The notes: generated by a model not told the origin, from the letters alone. Counted from the first letter of the stretch, positions 8,370 through 19,331 are shown. The stretch is DNA of 64,000 bases from Fibrobacterota bacterium (GCA_023249635.1 JAHFCH010000002.1:46179-110178), one strand, 5' to 3'. A program made the numbers and translations.

Positions 8370-10472
8370 TTAGCGGAGCCCCAGGCCGCGCACGGCGGTC
8401 CCCCGGACATAGCCGAATCGCGCCGTCTGCACCTGGCTGCCCCGCTCCACGTAGTCGCGGGGGTCGGCCCCGTAGGAGAATTCCGCCGTCAGTATGTACG
8501 CCCCCGTGGAAATGAGGTTCCCGTCATGCGAGACGGGAAACCAGGCGAAACGGAGGAGAAACGCGCGCGTTCCGGGATCACGCGCGTCACTGACACGCGC
8601 AAGTTTCCCCGACTGCAAGTCCTCGCGCGTCACGGTGAGCCGCGTCCGGTTCACGTATTGCCCCAGGTTGTCGTATACGATCAGCTTCAGGGTGGCCGGG
8701 TGGGAGAGCTTGAAGTCGAATACCGCCAGGCCCGGATTCCCTTCCGTGCCCGTGTTCCGCCTAATCCAATCCTCCGCGGTTTCGGGATGCAGGGGGATGT
8801 AGTCTTTACGGTCACCCTGGGAATCCTTGCTCGTCAGGAGGATGAAGGGATCCTTCACCTGCCCCGCCTTGGGGGGATCCGCCGTGGTCACGCCGCCTTT
8901 CTCGGCCCGCAAATCCCCGATCACGATGCGCGGAAGTTTCGACTCCACCGGCCGCCACGGATTGGCCGGATGCGCGGGATTGCCCTGGCCATCCTTAACG
9001 AGATCGATCCCGGATATCGCGGTCTTCCAACCCTGCCCCGGCACGTTCGGCGATCCCGGCGCCACGGTGAAAGTCCAGGTTTGCGAACGGCCTCCCGATC
9101 CGGAATCGGCGCGCACGGCGATTAGATCCACCTGCTTCTCCTTCCCGGTCGCGTCCTGGAACTTGAGCACCGCGGGCGCCCCCACCGTCACCGGTTCGCT
9201 GAAGCGGATCTGGATGAGGATGCCCGGGATATCGCTCAGCGAGGTGTCCTGCACCAGCTTCCAGGCACGGTCGATAACGGGCCCGATGCGGTCGTGGAGC
9301 GGGAAGCTCCCGTCGGAAAGCCCGGCCGCGGGCTCCTTGAAGGTATGCCCCTGGTTGGCCCCATCGGCCTCGTCCCAGCCCGTCACCGGTCGGGTGAAGA
9401 AATCGGATTTGGAGACGACGAGGCATTTCGCGGCGCCGTCCGCAGTAACATCCCAGTTACCCCGTTCCGCCTCCCCGGCCAAATCGAGTTCCAGCGCCGT
9501 CGGCGTCCGATCCGGCTGCTTATCGAAAGCGATCTCGGCCTTATCGGCGATGCCATCCCCGTCCCGATCGTAGAGCCATCCTTCCACGGCCTTTACCGCC
9601 ACGGGGTCGACGGGCTTATCCGAGTTCTTGAGATCCAGGGAGGTGGTGATGGTAAGCCGTGAAGCTTCTACGCGGCGCTCGGCGAAATAGAAATCCAGGA
9701 AGCAGGCCTTGCCCTCTTCCAAGGAAAGGGAATCGATGTTCACTTGCGCGAATTCCGCCGCATGCAGGCCGCCCAGGTCGATGACCAGGCGGTCATTGAT
9801 GAACACCCATACGTCGTCGTCCCCGCGGAAGGAGAATTGCTGGCCCGTGCCCTTATGCGCCGTGAACTTGGCGTGGAATTCGAAGGTAAAGCCGTAATTA
9901 TGCTTCGCCATGTCGATGCCCTCCGAGGTGCCCGTCTGGCGGTGCCCGAAGGTCTTGGTGACCGAAGGCACCTGGGGCCGCAACCCGGCGAGCTTGTCAT
10001 CGTCGAGGGGAAAGAAGTCGGGATTATCGTAGCTGTATACGGATCCGGTTTTGCTGAAGGGGAGCTCAAGGAAGAAGGCGCGATTGATGGAAGGATCGCG
10101 GGTGGTATACCATTCCCCGAAACGGCTGCGGAAGCAGTTGGGCGGCATATCGAACCCGGCCTTCAACGCCGGTCCCCTCTCATCGCGATCATAAGGGAGG
10201 AAACCCGCGAGCTTGTCGGGATTGGCGTCGCCTACGGCAAGGTTTTCCTGGACCGCGCCCTTGGCGGCCGTGGGTTTATCGAAACAGCCCCAGGCCTCCC
10301 ACCCCCGCGGATCCCAGGTCGGGTTGAAATCGGGATGCCCCCCGGTCGCCTGACGTGCGCGCAACTCCTCGAAGTCGCGGACCACGCCGGTCAGCACCAC
10401 GGGCGCCACCAGCGCCTGCCCGTGGGCCGCCGCCGCGAAAACCATCAACCATATGCTTATCCCGATCCGCAT
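8370..10472 (-). CDS. Large secreted fibro-slime domain protein with FlgD/CTD-like C-terminus
   Basis: Signal peptide (AAAHG-Q); [44 protein letters not shown]; DRDGDGIAD Ca-binding loop; C-terminal [10 protein letters not shown]...ISTGAYI. Confidence 0.85.
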   Translation of the reverse strand: MRIGISIWLMVFAAAAHGQALVAPVVLTGVVRDFEELRARQATGGHPDFNPTWDPRGWEAWGCFDKPTAAKGAVQENLAVGDANPDKLAGFLPYDRDERGPALKAGFDMPPNCFRSRFGEWYTTRDPSINRAFFLELPFSKTGSVYSYDNPDFFPLDDDKLAGLRPQVPSVTKTFGHRQTGTSEGIDMAKHNYGFTFEFHAKFTAHKGTGQQFSFRGDDDVWVFINDRLVIDLGGLHAAEFAQVNIDSLSLEEGKACFLDFYFAERRVEASRLTITTSLDLKNSDKPVDPVAVKAVEGWLYDRDGDGIADKAEIAFDKQPDRTPTALELDLAGEAERGNWDVTADGAAKCLVVSKSDFFTRPVTGWDEADGANQGHTFKEPAAGLSDGSFPLHDRIGPVIDRAWKLVQDTSLSDIPGILIQIRFSEPVTVGAPAVLKFQDATGKEKQVDLIAVRADSGSGGRSQTWTFTVAPGSPNVPGQGWKTAISGIDLVKDGQGNPAHPANPWRPVESKLPRIVIGDLRAEKGGVTTADPPKAGQVKDPFILLTSKDSQGDRKDYIPLHPETAEDWIRRNTGTEGNPGLAVFDFKLSHPATLKLIVYDNLGQYVNRTRLTVTREDLQSGKLARVSDARDPGTRAFLLRFAWFPVSHDGNLISTGAYILTAEFSYGADPRDYVERGSQVQTARFGYVRGTAVRGLGLR

Positions 10473-10580
10473 ACCTTTCCCCCCGTTGTTCCCCGTGCGA
10501 CCGCGCTTTTCCGGCGCGGAATCTTTTCTAATTTCCCAACCAAGACGCAGTCGTTCCGATTGCATGCAAAGGAGCAACCC

Positions 10581-11744
10581 TTGGCCCGTGGCAAAGTCCG
10601 ATACTTCGATGCTGTGATTCCGCTATGCTTCGCCGTTTGCGTTTCGGCCCTGCCGGCCCGTAGCGCCGAGGCCCCCGCGGCGGCCGCAGCCCCCGCGAGC
10701 GCGAGCGCGCCCGTAACCGACACTTCCAAATCCGCCGTCCGCGGCAAAGCGGCGCCGGCCCCCAAGGAGGCCGCTGCCCCCAAGGAAACCCTGCCTCCCG
10801 GCATTTACGCCGAGATTTATACGCCCAAGGGTAAGATAACCACGGTCCTGGAAGCGGATAAAGCGCCCCTGACGGTACTCAATTTTGTGGGACTGGCCGA
10901 AGGCACCAAGGCTTCGAATAAGCCCGCGGGAACGCGATTTTACGATGGATTGAACTTCCACCGGGTTGTCCCAGATTTCATGATCCAAGGCGGCGACCCG
11001 CAAGGCAACGGCACCGGCGGTCCCGGCTACCAGTTCGCGGACGAATTCGATGCCACGCTGCGCCATGACAAACCCGGCACGCTCTCGATGGCGAACTCCG
11101 GACCGGGAACCAACGGCAGCCAGTTCTTCATCACCCATGTGCCCACCCCGCACCTCAACGATCGGCACACCATTTTCGGCCACGTAATCACGGGACAAGA
11201 AGTGGTCAACGCGGTGGTGGTCGGCACCCTCATCGACAGCATCCGCATCGAGCGGGTGGGAGCGAAGGCCAAGAAGTTCAAGGCCGACGAAGCGGCTTTC
11301 CAGGCCCAGATCAAGAAAAGCGCCGATGTAGCGGTGGCCAAGCAGAAGAAAGAACAGGAGGCGAATAAGAAAATGGAAGCGCAAACCGAAGAACTGATCA
11401 AGAAGGCCACGGCCACACCGTCGGGTCTCAAATACATCATCACGCATCCCGGCGCCGGGCCCAAACCCGCTTCAGGCATGAACGTCAAGGTCCATTACGC
11501 GGGCCGGCTGACCAACGGAAAGGAGTTCGACAACTCCTATAAGCGCGGCCAACCCATCGACTTCAAAGTGGGCACGGGCATGGTCATCCCCGGCTGGGAC
11601 GAGGGCATCATGTTGATGCAGAAGGGCGAGAAGCGCACCCTGATCATCCCCGCCAACCTGGCCTACGGCCCCGAAGGCCGCCCGCCGGTAATCCCCCAGA
11701 ATGCGACCCTGGTATTCGATGTGGAGTTGGTCGAGTTCCAATAA
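10581..11744 (+). CDS. Periplasmic peptidyl-prolyl isomerase, cyclophilin + FKBP fusion
   Basis: [34 protein letters not shown] (cyclophilin); [33 protein letters not shown] (FKBP). Start is TTG 10581 (RBS AAGGAG) or GTG 10614. Confidence 0.93.
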   Translation: MARGKVRYFDAVIPLCFAVCVSALPARSAEAPAAAAAPASASAPVTDTSKSAVRGKAAPAPKEAAAPKETLPPGIYAEIYTPKGKITTVLEADKAPLTVLNFVGLAEGTKASNKPAGTRFYDGLNFHRVVPDFMIQGGDPQGNGTGGPGYQFADEFDATLRHDKPGTLSMANSGPGTNGSQFFITHVPTPHLNDRHTIFGHVITGQEVVNAVVVGTLIDSIRIERVGAKAKKFKADEAAFQAQIKKSADVAVAKQKKEQEANKKMEAQTEELIKKATATPSGLKYIITHPGAGPKPASGMNVKVHYAGRLTNGKEFDNSYKRGQPIDFKVGTGMVIPGWDEGIMLMQKGEKRTLIIPANLAYGPEGRPPVIPQNATLVFDVELVEFQ

Positions 11745-12846
11745 GCCCCCGGTCCCGGCGGCCCGGGCCCTAGCCCTCGCCGCCCTGGGTCCCTTGTTCC
11801 TCGCCGCTTGCCTCACGGGCGGCGGCGGCTCCCCTTCCCGTTCCGTACTCAAGCCGGGCCAGGCCCGCTGGAAGAAAATCTCCGCCTTCGGCCCGCTCTC
11901 GGAATATGCGGATTTGGGCCGCGCCACCTTCTTCACCGCGCAACGGGGCCTGGCCTTATCCGGCCCACCCGGCCGTATCGTTCTCAATCTCACCTTGGAC
12001 GGCGGCGCCAACTGGCAGGCGCAAAACCTGGATTCCGCTTGGCGCCTCGAATCCGTCGCGGCGGTCGATTCGGCCTCGGGTTTCCTGGCTTTCTCACTGG
12101 CCCCGGACAGCGCCGGCATCAGTCATTACGGCGTACTGCATACCCTCGATGCGGGAGCTACCTGGAACCGTATGGCCTTCGCGGGCGATTCCGATCTGGC
12201 CCTGTTCTACGCAGGCAAATCGCCGCTGGCGCTGGTCGATCGCGATCCCATGGGAAACGTGGATTTCCTGCTTTCGGAAGATGGCGGCTCGATATGGCGC
12301 CCTTGGTCACCGGCGTCCCATCCCTTCGCACCCAAGAACCTGCTGACCACGCGGCCCATCCACGCCTACTCGGCGGGCAAGGCCCTGGCCGGTTCGGTGG
12401 CATTGAACTGGATCGATCTGTCCACGGGAGCCGTTTCGCGCTACCGTAACTTCCCCGATACCGTGTCCGGGCCCGAGATAGGACCTGCCCTGGCAGGACA
12501 AGAATGGATCGCCTTCGGCGGCTTCGCCATCCGGGACACCCTGAACTGGCCTTTCCTGGTGCAATCCCGGGACGGCGGAAAGGCCTGGGATACCTTGGCG
12601 GCCACGCGGTCCGCGCGCATGCGGGGCATCCGCCTGGACGGCGCGAACGGTTTGGCATACGGTGAAAGCGTCGATCCCGGAATCGGCGATACCTCCAGCG
12701 CGCTCTGGATCACCTGGGACGGCGGCGCCACCTGGTCGGAAAGCTTCACCGACGCCACCGAGACGCCCATTGAAGAAACCGTGTGGGCGGCGCCCGGCAT
12801 CTGCTACGGATTCAGCCGGGCCGCCGTATACCGCCTGGAATTCTAG
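11719..12846 (+). CDS. Lipoprotein with BNR/Asp-box repeats (beta-propeller)
   Basis: Lipobox LAAC; five T/S-x-D-G/A-G-x-x-W repeats. Start uncertain because it overlaps the PPIase end. Confidence 0.7.
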   Translation: MWSWSSSNKPPVPAARALALAALGPLFLAACLTGGGGSPSRSVLKPGQARWKKISAFGPLSEYADLGRATFFTAQRGLALSGPPGRIVLNLTLDGGANWQAQNLDSAWRLESVAAVDSASGFLAFSLAPDSAGISHYGVLHTLDAGATWNRMAFAGDSDLALFYAGKSPLALVDRDPMGNVDFLLSEDGGSIWRPWSPASHPFAPKNLLTTRPIHAYSAGKALAGSVALNWIDLSTGAVSRYRNFPDTVSGPEIGPALAGQEWIAFGGFAIRDTLNWPFLVQSRDGGKAWDTLAATRSARMRGIRLDGANGLAYGESVDPGIGDTSSALWITWDGGATWSESFTDATETPIEETVWAAPGICYGFSRAAVYRLEF

Positions 12847-12886
12847 GCCGCCTGCTTTCCGTCCCCGCATTTTTTAAATATTACCC

Positions 12887-14452
12887 ATGGAAAAAACGCC
12901 CAGCCCTTCCGCGCGCATCCGCAGCCTAGCCCGGATTTTCGTCGCCCCGACCTTCCTGGCTTTCTTGGCATTCATGGCACTGGGGGCGCCGGTTTCCGTC
13001 CAAGGCAATGCCCTGAAGGATCACCTCTCGGTATTCTTCGATATGGAAGCCACCGATTCGGTGGTGGCCCTGGAACAGCTTTCCCCCACCCTGCTCAAGA
13101 TCACCGTGGCCGATCCCGCTACGGGCCAGACCCGCGGCCTCAAGGAAGAGATCGGGGCCAAGCCCATGCAGCGGCTGCTCACCGAGTCGAATGATCTGGG
13201 CCTCAAGACCTTGCACTACTCCGCCGGCGACGATGCCGACGCCTTACCGGCTGCCCCCGCGGACAAAGGCACCGCCCGCAATGATTCGGTCGTAAAGCCC
13301 CAACCTCCCGGCGTCATCAAGATCGCGCCCGCGCAGGAAAACCCCGCCGCCGCCGAGCCGCCGTCCAAGCCTCCGCGCAGCCTGGCTTCCCAGCGCAAGA
13401 ACCGCATGTGGTACATCGGCAGCCAGACCCTGATCAGCACCTACGTGTACGGCCTCTCGGTACCGCTGGCCTTCGACTTCAAAGAAACCAAGACCAAGGT
13501 GGCCACGCCCATGATCGTCGCGCCCTTCGCCTTCGGCACGCATTTCTGGTTCGCCAAGAACCGTCCCTTCGAAGACGCGCATGCCAAGGGTACGGGCTAT
13601 CTGGGCATCGCGGCCCTGTACGCGGCCCATGCCATCCCCTTCACGGCCATGTCCTGGGACGATGACACGCCTTGGCGCGTGGCCGCCATGACTACGCTCT
13701 TCGCCTATCCCCTGGGCGTGTACGGCGGATACCGGCTGGGCGACGCCTATGTCGATCAACCCGGCCGCGTGGACATCCAGCAGAAGTTCGCCTTGGGTTT
13801 CGGCCTGCTCGGCTTCTTCTCCCCCTTCGTCTATTTCCCCGAGGTCAACCAACGCCATCAAGAGGCCATCATCCGCCTGGGCCTGGGGCAGTCGGTGGCG
13901 CTGGCCGCGGCCGGCCACTTCCTGGCCAATGAATACCGGAGCGGCCAGAACATTCCCGACGGCGTGAACACGGGTATCATGGACCATACCGCCTTGGGCG
14001 CCGCCGCGGGTCTCGAGGTGGCGGCCCTCTTCGACGCCTCCTCCGTGCGGCCTTGGTTCGGAACGGCGCTGCTGGGCGGCACCCTCGGATTCATGGAAGG
14101 CCTGTTCTATTACCGCAACAGCTACGACAGCAAGGAACGTGGGCTCTACAATTCCTTGGGTGGCTTGGCGGGAATCCTGGTCGGGGGCGGCATCTCCGTG
14201 CTGGCCTTCGACGGCCATAATTCGGATTACGCCCTCAAGTCCGGCATCACCTCCCTGCTGGTCGGCGGCGCCTGGGTCGGTTACTGGGCCACCAACGCCC
14301 TGACGATGGGAATGGAAGACCGCGGCGCGTCGGGGCCGTCGAATTGGACGGATCGATTGGCGATTAATCCCATCCCTATGCCGGAACCGGTGAGTGTGGA
14401 CCGGAAAGTGGAACTGCGGTTGAGAGTGCCGGGAGTGACGTACACGTTTTGA
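12887..14452 (+). CDS. Hypothetical exported/membrane protein with Gly/Ala-rich helical repeats
   Basis: Signal peptide, Pro-rich linker, many Gly-rich hydrophobic helices, terminal GVTYTF. Confidence 0.75.
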   Translation: MEKTPSPSARIRSLARIFVAPTFLAFLAFMALGAPVSVQGNALKDHLSVFFDMEATDSVVALEQLSPTLLKITVADPATGQTRGLKEEIGAKPMQRLLTESNDLGLKTLHYSAGDDADALPAAPADKGTARNDSVVKPQPPGVIKIAPAQENPAAAEPPSKPPRSLASQRKNRMWYIGSQTLISTYVYGLSVPLAFDFKETKTKVATPMIVAPFAFGTHFWFAKNRPFEDAHAKGTGYLGIAALYAAHAIPFTAMSWDDDTPWRVAAMTTLFAYPLGVYGGYRLGDAYVDQPGRVDIQQKFALGFGLLGFFSPFVYFPEVNQRHQEAIIRLGLGQSVALAAAGHFLANEYRSGQNIPDGVNTGIMDHTALGAAAGLEVAALFDASSVRPWFGTALLGGTLGFMEGLFYYRNSYDSKERGLYNSLGGLAGILVGGGISVLAFDGHNSDYALKSGITSLLVGGAWVGYWATNALTMGMEDRGASGPSNWTDRLAINPIPMPEPVSVDRKVELRLRVPGVTYTF

Positions 14453-14505
14453 AGAGGGTTTAAGGTCTAAGCTCTAGTCCTTAGACCTTAAACCTTAAAC
14501 CTTCC
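14451..14505. repeat. Heptamer-built palindromic intergenic repeat, copy 1
   Basis: GGTTTAAGGTCTAAG (14457-14471), 8-nt loop, CTTAGACCTTAAACC (14480-14494), plus an extra heptamer; directly after a stop codon. Confidence 0.85.
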
Positions 14506-14669
14506 TTTCCCCCCCTTTTCTCCCCCGCTTCCTCCCCCCACAAACGCCCAACCCAACCCGACAAAACATTCTATTATATGGACATACGAGGTCTGGGCCT
14601 CGCGTGTAATCAATCAATTCGCTCGATTCGGGAAATCAGAAGGATGCAGCAGGAACCGGGTTACCCCGC

Positions 14670-15995
14670 ATGAAGCTGATCGAAGTCATCCAGCCGACTC
14701 CGGACGTCATCCGCCTATTCCTGGAACCGCGGCTACAGGCCGGAAACTTCGTGCTTTCCCTGCTCCAATCCCTGGGGCACGAGAAGGCCAACAACTTCAC
14801 CAACGTCAATTCATATCTGGAATCGTCCCTGGGGGATGCCTACCAGACGCTGGAAGCCATGGGCGGATTCCAGGGGCGGCTGGAGCAGACTTCCCCCCGC
14901 GGGGCCAAGTCCGCCGGCGTCGACCGGGCCTTGGCCGCCGAATTCTCCGAGCTCAAGGCGCGCGCTCAGGGCAGCCTGGTGGAATTGCACCGCGCCAAGA
15001 TCAAGCTGAACGATCTCAAAAGCGCCCTCTGCCGCTTCATCATCCATTACGAATCGCCCACCAAACCGGGCCGGGTCTTCCACTCCGTCGAGGAATGGAT
15101 GGACGCGGCGGCCCTGGCCGAAATGCGCCTGACCCGGAACCTGGCCCCGGATACGGACCGCAACCTGCAACGGCTGCTCGCCCTGTTCATGACCTTCCGT
15201 TCCATCGTCTGCTCCTACGACGGCCCCTCCATGTACATCCGCCAGATCGAGAACTCGCTGGCTTCGGTGGACGCCATCTACGAGAAGATTCGCCTGGAGA
15301 TGGAGGTGCTCAAGGCCACGCGTACCCTGGTGGAAACCCGTAAGGAACTTTCCACCGCCAAGCACAACCTCTCCAGCCTGCAAAGCCAGATGCAGGAGAA
15401 GGCCGCCAAGGACGAGCAACTCGCGAGGCTCATGTCCCTGCAGGAGAAATCCACCTTCCCGCAAATCTTCATCATCGGCGTTTGCCTGGTGCTGCTTTCC
15501 GGCCTCACGGGTTTCTGGCTGATGAAGAACGCCCACGGAGGCAAGCGCGCCGGCAGCGCGGAAGTATTGTCCCAGCGCTCTTGCCGGGAAATCGATCGCC
15601 AATTGGAGAAGTCCCCGCGCTATAAGAGCCAGGTACTCATCTACCGCAAGTTCGGCCGCGAAGTCTATTTCCGCGCCAACGCCATGACTTGCGAAAAGCT
15701 ATACCGCCTGGATTCCCTGCAAATCGGATCCCTGTCCGATATCCTCAACGCCGATTATGAGGCCGGCGCCCAATCCGAGGCCTCGTACAACGGCCACCGG
15801 GTGCTTCAGGTCAAGGAGGTAGGCATCAACAAGCTGGTGCTCAAGCTGCAGAACCGCACCGCCATCAACATGCCATACAAGGTTAAGGTGCTGGAGCGCG
15901 CGACCTTGTTGCGCGCCGTGCTGCAGCCCGATCCGGACGGGCGCGGCGAGGATATGCTGATCGTGGATCTGGGCCGTATGGCCTCGGCCGAATAA
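14670..15995 (+). CDS. Hypothetical coiled-coil protein with single transmembrane helix
   Basis: Long coding-like ORF; heptad-rich region, then IFIIGVCLVLLSGLTGFWL, then a C-terminal domain. Confidence 0.75.
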   Translation: MKLIEVIQPTPDVIRLFLEPRLQAGNFVLSLLQSLGHEKANNFTNVNSYLESSLGDAYQTLEAMGGFQGRLEQTSPRGAKSAGVDRALAAEFSELKARAQGSLVELHRAKIKLNDLKSALCRFIIHYESPTKPGRVFHSVEEWMDAAALAEMRLTRNLAPDTDRNLQRLLALFMTFRSIVCSYDGPSMYIRQIENSLASVDAIYEKIRLEMEVLKATRTLVETRKELSTAKHNLSSLQSQMQEKAAKDEQLARLMSLQEKSTFPQIFIIGVCLVLLSGLTGFWLMKNAHGGKRAGSAEVLSQRSCREIDRQLEKSPRYKSQVLIYRKFGREVYFRANAMTCEKLYRLDSLQIGSLSDILNADYEAGAQSEASYNGHRVLQVKEVGINKLVLKLQNRTAINMPYKVKVLERATLLRAVLQPDPDGRGEDMLIVDLGRMASAE

Positions 15996-16001
15996 GTTTC
16001 G

Positions 16002-16400
16002 CTAGGCGGAGGCCGGAGCCTTCCCCACCACCCGCTCCAGGATTTCCTTCAAGGTCTTCAATTCGTAGGGCTTTCCGATCACGGCCGAGAAGCCGGCGGC
16101 GGTGCGCGTTTCCTCATCTTGATCGGGATACCCGCTGGAAAGGATTCCCTTGGCATCGGGATCCATCGCGCGCAGGCGCTCCATGGTTTTGAACCCGTCC
16201 AGGCCGTCCGGTACCATCCAATCGAGGATCACGGCATCGAAGGGCTGCCCCGCGGAACGATGGGAATGGTACAGGGTGAGGGCTTCCTCGCCGTTGCGGG
16301 CGGTGATCACCTGGTAGCCGATGAATTCCAGCATCTTCCCGGCCACGTTGCGGACGAGGTCTTCGTCGTCCATGACCAGTATCTTTCCCTTTGGCGTCAT
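16002..16400 (-). CDS. Single-domain response regulator
   Basis: ILVMDDE, VILDW, LSSGY, IGKPY receiver motifs. Confidence 0.92.
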   Translation of the reverse strand: MTPKGKILVMDDEDLVRNVAGKMLEFIGYQVITARNGEEALTLYHSHRSAGQPFDAVILDWMVPDGLDGFKTMERLRAMDPDAKGILSSGYPDQDEETRTAAGFSAVIGKPYELKTLKEILERVVGKAPASA

Positions 16401-16458
16401 ACCACCCTCCCTTCTCCAATATAGCTTTCCGGACCAGCCTACCCTCGAAATCGGGTGA

Positions 16459-16498
16459 ATTCAATGACTGTTGTCTGAATAAGTCACTTTTTTAGAAT
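16459..16498 (+). promoter_or_regulatory. Putative promoter with overlapping operator-like inverted repeats
   Basis: TTGTCT (16471)-N16-TAGAAT (16493); ATTCA-N12-TGAAT and TGACT-N12-AGTCA in an AT-rich island. Confidence 0.4.
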
Positions 16499-16548
16499 TT
16501 CATGGTGTGTACCTGCGGGCGGGGAATTATCCTTGCATAGGCCCGAGC

Positions 16549-17397
16549 ATGGAACCCATCTTCGCATATACCGATTACCGGCGCTACCTGGCGGATTTCT
16601 TCGCAGAAAGGAAGCGACTGAACAAGCACTTCTCCTTGCGCATGCTGGCGGAACGCTCCGGTTTCAAGGCGCGCGATTACCTTATGCGCGTCATGCGCGG
16701 GGACCGGAACCTCTCCCTGGAAGGCGCCGGTAAGTTGTCTGATTTTTTCCGATTTTCGGAAAAACAGTCCGAGTACTTCCACGCCCTGGTGCTCTTCAAC
16801 CAAGCGGAAACCACCTCGGCGAAGGAGCTGCACTTCGCCCGCATGTCCGAGGTGCAAAAGTACGGCGCCCACCAGAAATTGCGCCAGGATCAATTCGAAT
16901 ACCTCACCGCCTGGTACCATAGCGCGTTGCGGTCCCTGCTGCCCGTGCTGGAACCGAAGCCGGGCCCCGACGGGCAGGAGGATTGGGAGCGGATCGGCAA
17001 GCTGCTCGATCCGCCTCTCACCGCCAAGCAGGCGCGCGACTCGGTGGATTTGCTCCTGCGCCTGGGCCTGCTTTCCCGCGACGGCAAAGGCCGCTATGCC
17101 GTTGTCGAACCCGCGCTTTCCACCGGGGATGAAGTGGCCGCCCTGGGCGTGGCTTCGTTCCATCGCGCCACCATGGAACTGGCCAAGCGTTCCATCGATC
17201 GCCATCCGCCCACGGCACGCGATATCAGCGGCATCACCATGAGCATTTCCCAGGACGGCTTCAAGCGCATCAAATCCGAACTGCGCGCCTTCCGCAAACG
17301 CATCCTGGCCATCGCCTCCACCGACGTGGGCGAAGACATGGTCTACCAGCTTAATCTTCACCTCATTCCCATGACGCGGCACCAGGGGTCCCTATGA
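16549..17397 (+). CDS. TIGR02147-family protein (N-terminal HTH, DUF4423-like C-terminus)
   Basis: IFAYTDYRRYL, FSLRMLAERSGF, GDRNLS, WYHSALRSL, RDISGITM, VYQLNLHLIP match my recollection of the family. Confidence 0.85.
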   Translation: MEPIFAYTDYRRYLADFFAERKRLNKHFSLRMLAERSGFKARDYLMRVMRGDRNLSLEGAGKLSDFFRFSEKQSEYFHALVLFNQAETTSAKELHFARMSEVQKYGAHQKLRQDQFEYLTAWYHSALRSLLPVLEPKPGPDGQEDWERIGKLLDPPLTAKQARDSVDLLLRLGLLSRDGKGRYAVVEPALSTGDEVAALGVASFHRATMELAKRSIDRHPPTARDISGITMSISQDGFKRIKSELRAFRKRILAIASTDVGEDMVYQLNLHLIPMTRHQGSL

Positions 17398-19331
17398 AAG
17401 CATTGCGTAGTATCCCAGGGAGGATTGGGGCTGCCGCGCTGCCGCGGATTTTGCTGTCCGCCGCGGCCGCGGCCTGGCTGGGCGCCTGCATCCTGGAAAA
17501 GGACAATGGCACGGGGGAAGGCCCGTCCACGGAAACCGGCAACCCCAACCTGAGCGGGAAACTGGTGGATGGCGGCCTTCCCGTATCCGGCACGGTAAAG
17601 CTGTTCCGGCTGCCTCCCCATCCGGCCGTAGGCACGGAGGATACCACCGCCATCCTCAAGCCCACGCTCGTGCGCAGCCTGGCGGTTTCCGCCGACGGCA
17701 GGTATCGTTTCGATTCGCTTCCAAATGCGCTCTACGCGCTGGAAGCCCAGGACGCCTCGGGCCGGAAATTCGCGCTCGTGCCCGACCTCGCCATCGCCGC
17801 GCCCAAAGACACCTTGCGGCGCGATTTGGCCTTGAATCCGCCGGCGCGGCTGCGCGGACGGGTAACGCGCGGCCCCAACGCCTTGCCCGCAGGGATTATC
17901 GCCAACGAGAATATCCTGGTGCGCGTAGGCGGCGCCGATCGATCGGCCCTCACGGATACCTCCGGGGCCTACGTCATCGAAAACGTACCGGTCGGCGTTT
18001 ACCGCATGGCCTTCGCCGCCGCCGACGGGCATTACCAGACGGCCTATCTCGACAAGGTAACGGCGGTCGCGGGCGCGGATACGGAATTGCCGCCGGTTGA
18101 TTTGCTATGGAGCCGGTTCGTGGCGCCGCCGGCCGTTTCCGGCATCGCCTTCACGCGCGACTCCGCGGGGAACTCCGTCGCCTTGCATTGGCATCCGGTG
18201 CGCCTTTCCGGCGGGGCCATTGCGCTTTACCGGATCGCGCGGAGAGCGGAAGGGGACGTGGCGCGCGACTGGCAAACCGCGGATACGCTGCTGATCGATT
18301 CGCTGGGGCTTTTGCCCAAAGGCACCGCGCTCAAGTACACCGTACAGGCCGTGAATCCCCTGGGGCAAGGGGGACCCATCGATACCCTGCCTCCCCTCAC
18401 CGCGCCGGGACCCAAGCTCATCGGGCCCGCGGCGGGATCCCTGGCCGGCATCGTCCTTTCGGGCGGGACCGCGCTCAAGAGCGCGCGCATCCGCCTGTAC
18501 TCGATCGCAGCCGCTCCCGGGTCACGGGATTCGCTGCCGCTGGCAGCCAAGCCCTACGATAGCGCCATTACGGATATCCAAGGCGGCTATCGCTTCGACT
18601 CCCTGCCCGCCGGCCGCTACACCCTCACCGCGGAAAAGCCCGGCGCGACCGATATCGCCATCCGCATGGGACTCTCCCCGCGGGGCCCGGGAACGGCCCC
18701 GGATACCCTGGTTCCCGCTCCGCCGGGAACCATTTCCGGAGCGGCGACGCGGGATTCCTCCTGGGTGACCAATCCCGGCAAGGGCGACGAGAACATCTGG
18801 GCGGTGTTGTCAGGTGCGCCCTTCGCCACCGTCACCAGTTACGGCGCGCCTCCTGCGGGTGGGCCGTTCACGCTTACCGGAATACCCGCCGGATCGTACC
18901 GGCTGGTGGTCTACGCCATCCCGGAGGGCTACTACCTTCCCGATACCCTGGATGTTACCGTAACCTCGGGGTTAACTACGAAACTTCCCGCCGTGGTCAA
19001 GGCGAAGTACAATCCCGCCGCCCCGCCTCCCAAGATCACCGGGTTGCAATCGGCCGGGCTCACGCGCACCCATGCGCAATTGACCTGGACGCCGCCGAAA
19101 TTCTATCCCTTGCTCAAGGGCTATCGCGTGCTGCGTCTGGGCGCCGATCTGGCCGTGCTGGATTCCTCCGCGGTCATACCCGTGGCCGCCTATGCGGACG
19201 ACATCGCAATGGTGCCGGTGGGCACCGTCCTCAATTACGTGGTGCGGGTGGTCGCGCAGGACGGGCGCGAAGGCGAAAACGGCGGGGACTTCGGCGGAAG
19301 GCCGGTGCAGGTTACGGTCCCAGGGCCGTGA
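17394..19331 (+). CDS. Lipoprotein with carboxypeptidase-regulatory-like beta-sandwiches and Fn3 domains, internally duplicated
   Basis: Lipobox LGAC then STETGN; GxYRFDSLP repeats; Fn3-like W..YR...Y.V motifs; ATGA overlap with the upstream gene. Confidence 0.8.
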   Translation: MKALRSIPGRIGAAALPRILLSAAAAAWLGACILEKDNGTGEGPSTETGNPNLSGKLVDGGLPVSGTVKLFRLPPHPAVGTEDTTAILKPTLVRSLAVSADGRYRFDSLPNALYALEAQDASGRKFALVPDLAIAAPKDTLRRDLALNPPARLRGRVTRGPNALPAGIIANENILVRVGGADRSALTDTSGAYVIENVPVGVYRMAFAAADGHYQTAYLDKVTAVAGADTELPPVDLLWSRFVAPPAVSGIAFTRDSAGNSVALHWHPVRLSGGAIALYRIARRAEGDVARDWQTADTLLIDSLGLLPKGTALKYTVQAVNPLGQGGPIDTLPPLTAPGPKLIGPAAGSLAGIVLSGGTALKSARIRLYSIAAAPGSRDSLPLAAKPYDSAITDIQGGYRFDSLPAGRYTLTAEKPGATDIAIRMGLSPRGPGTAPDTLVPAPPGTISGAATRDSSWVTNPGKGDENIWAVLSGAPFATVTSYGAPPAGGPFTLTGIPAGSYRLVVYAIPEGYYLPDTLDVTVTSGLTTKLPAVVKAKYNPAAPPPKITGLQSAGLTRTHAQLTWTPPKFYPLLKGYRVLRLGADLAVLDSSAVIPVAAYADDIAMVPVGTVLNYVVRVVAQDGREGENGGDFGGRPVQVTVPGP

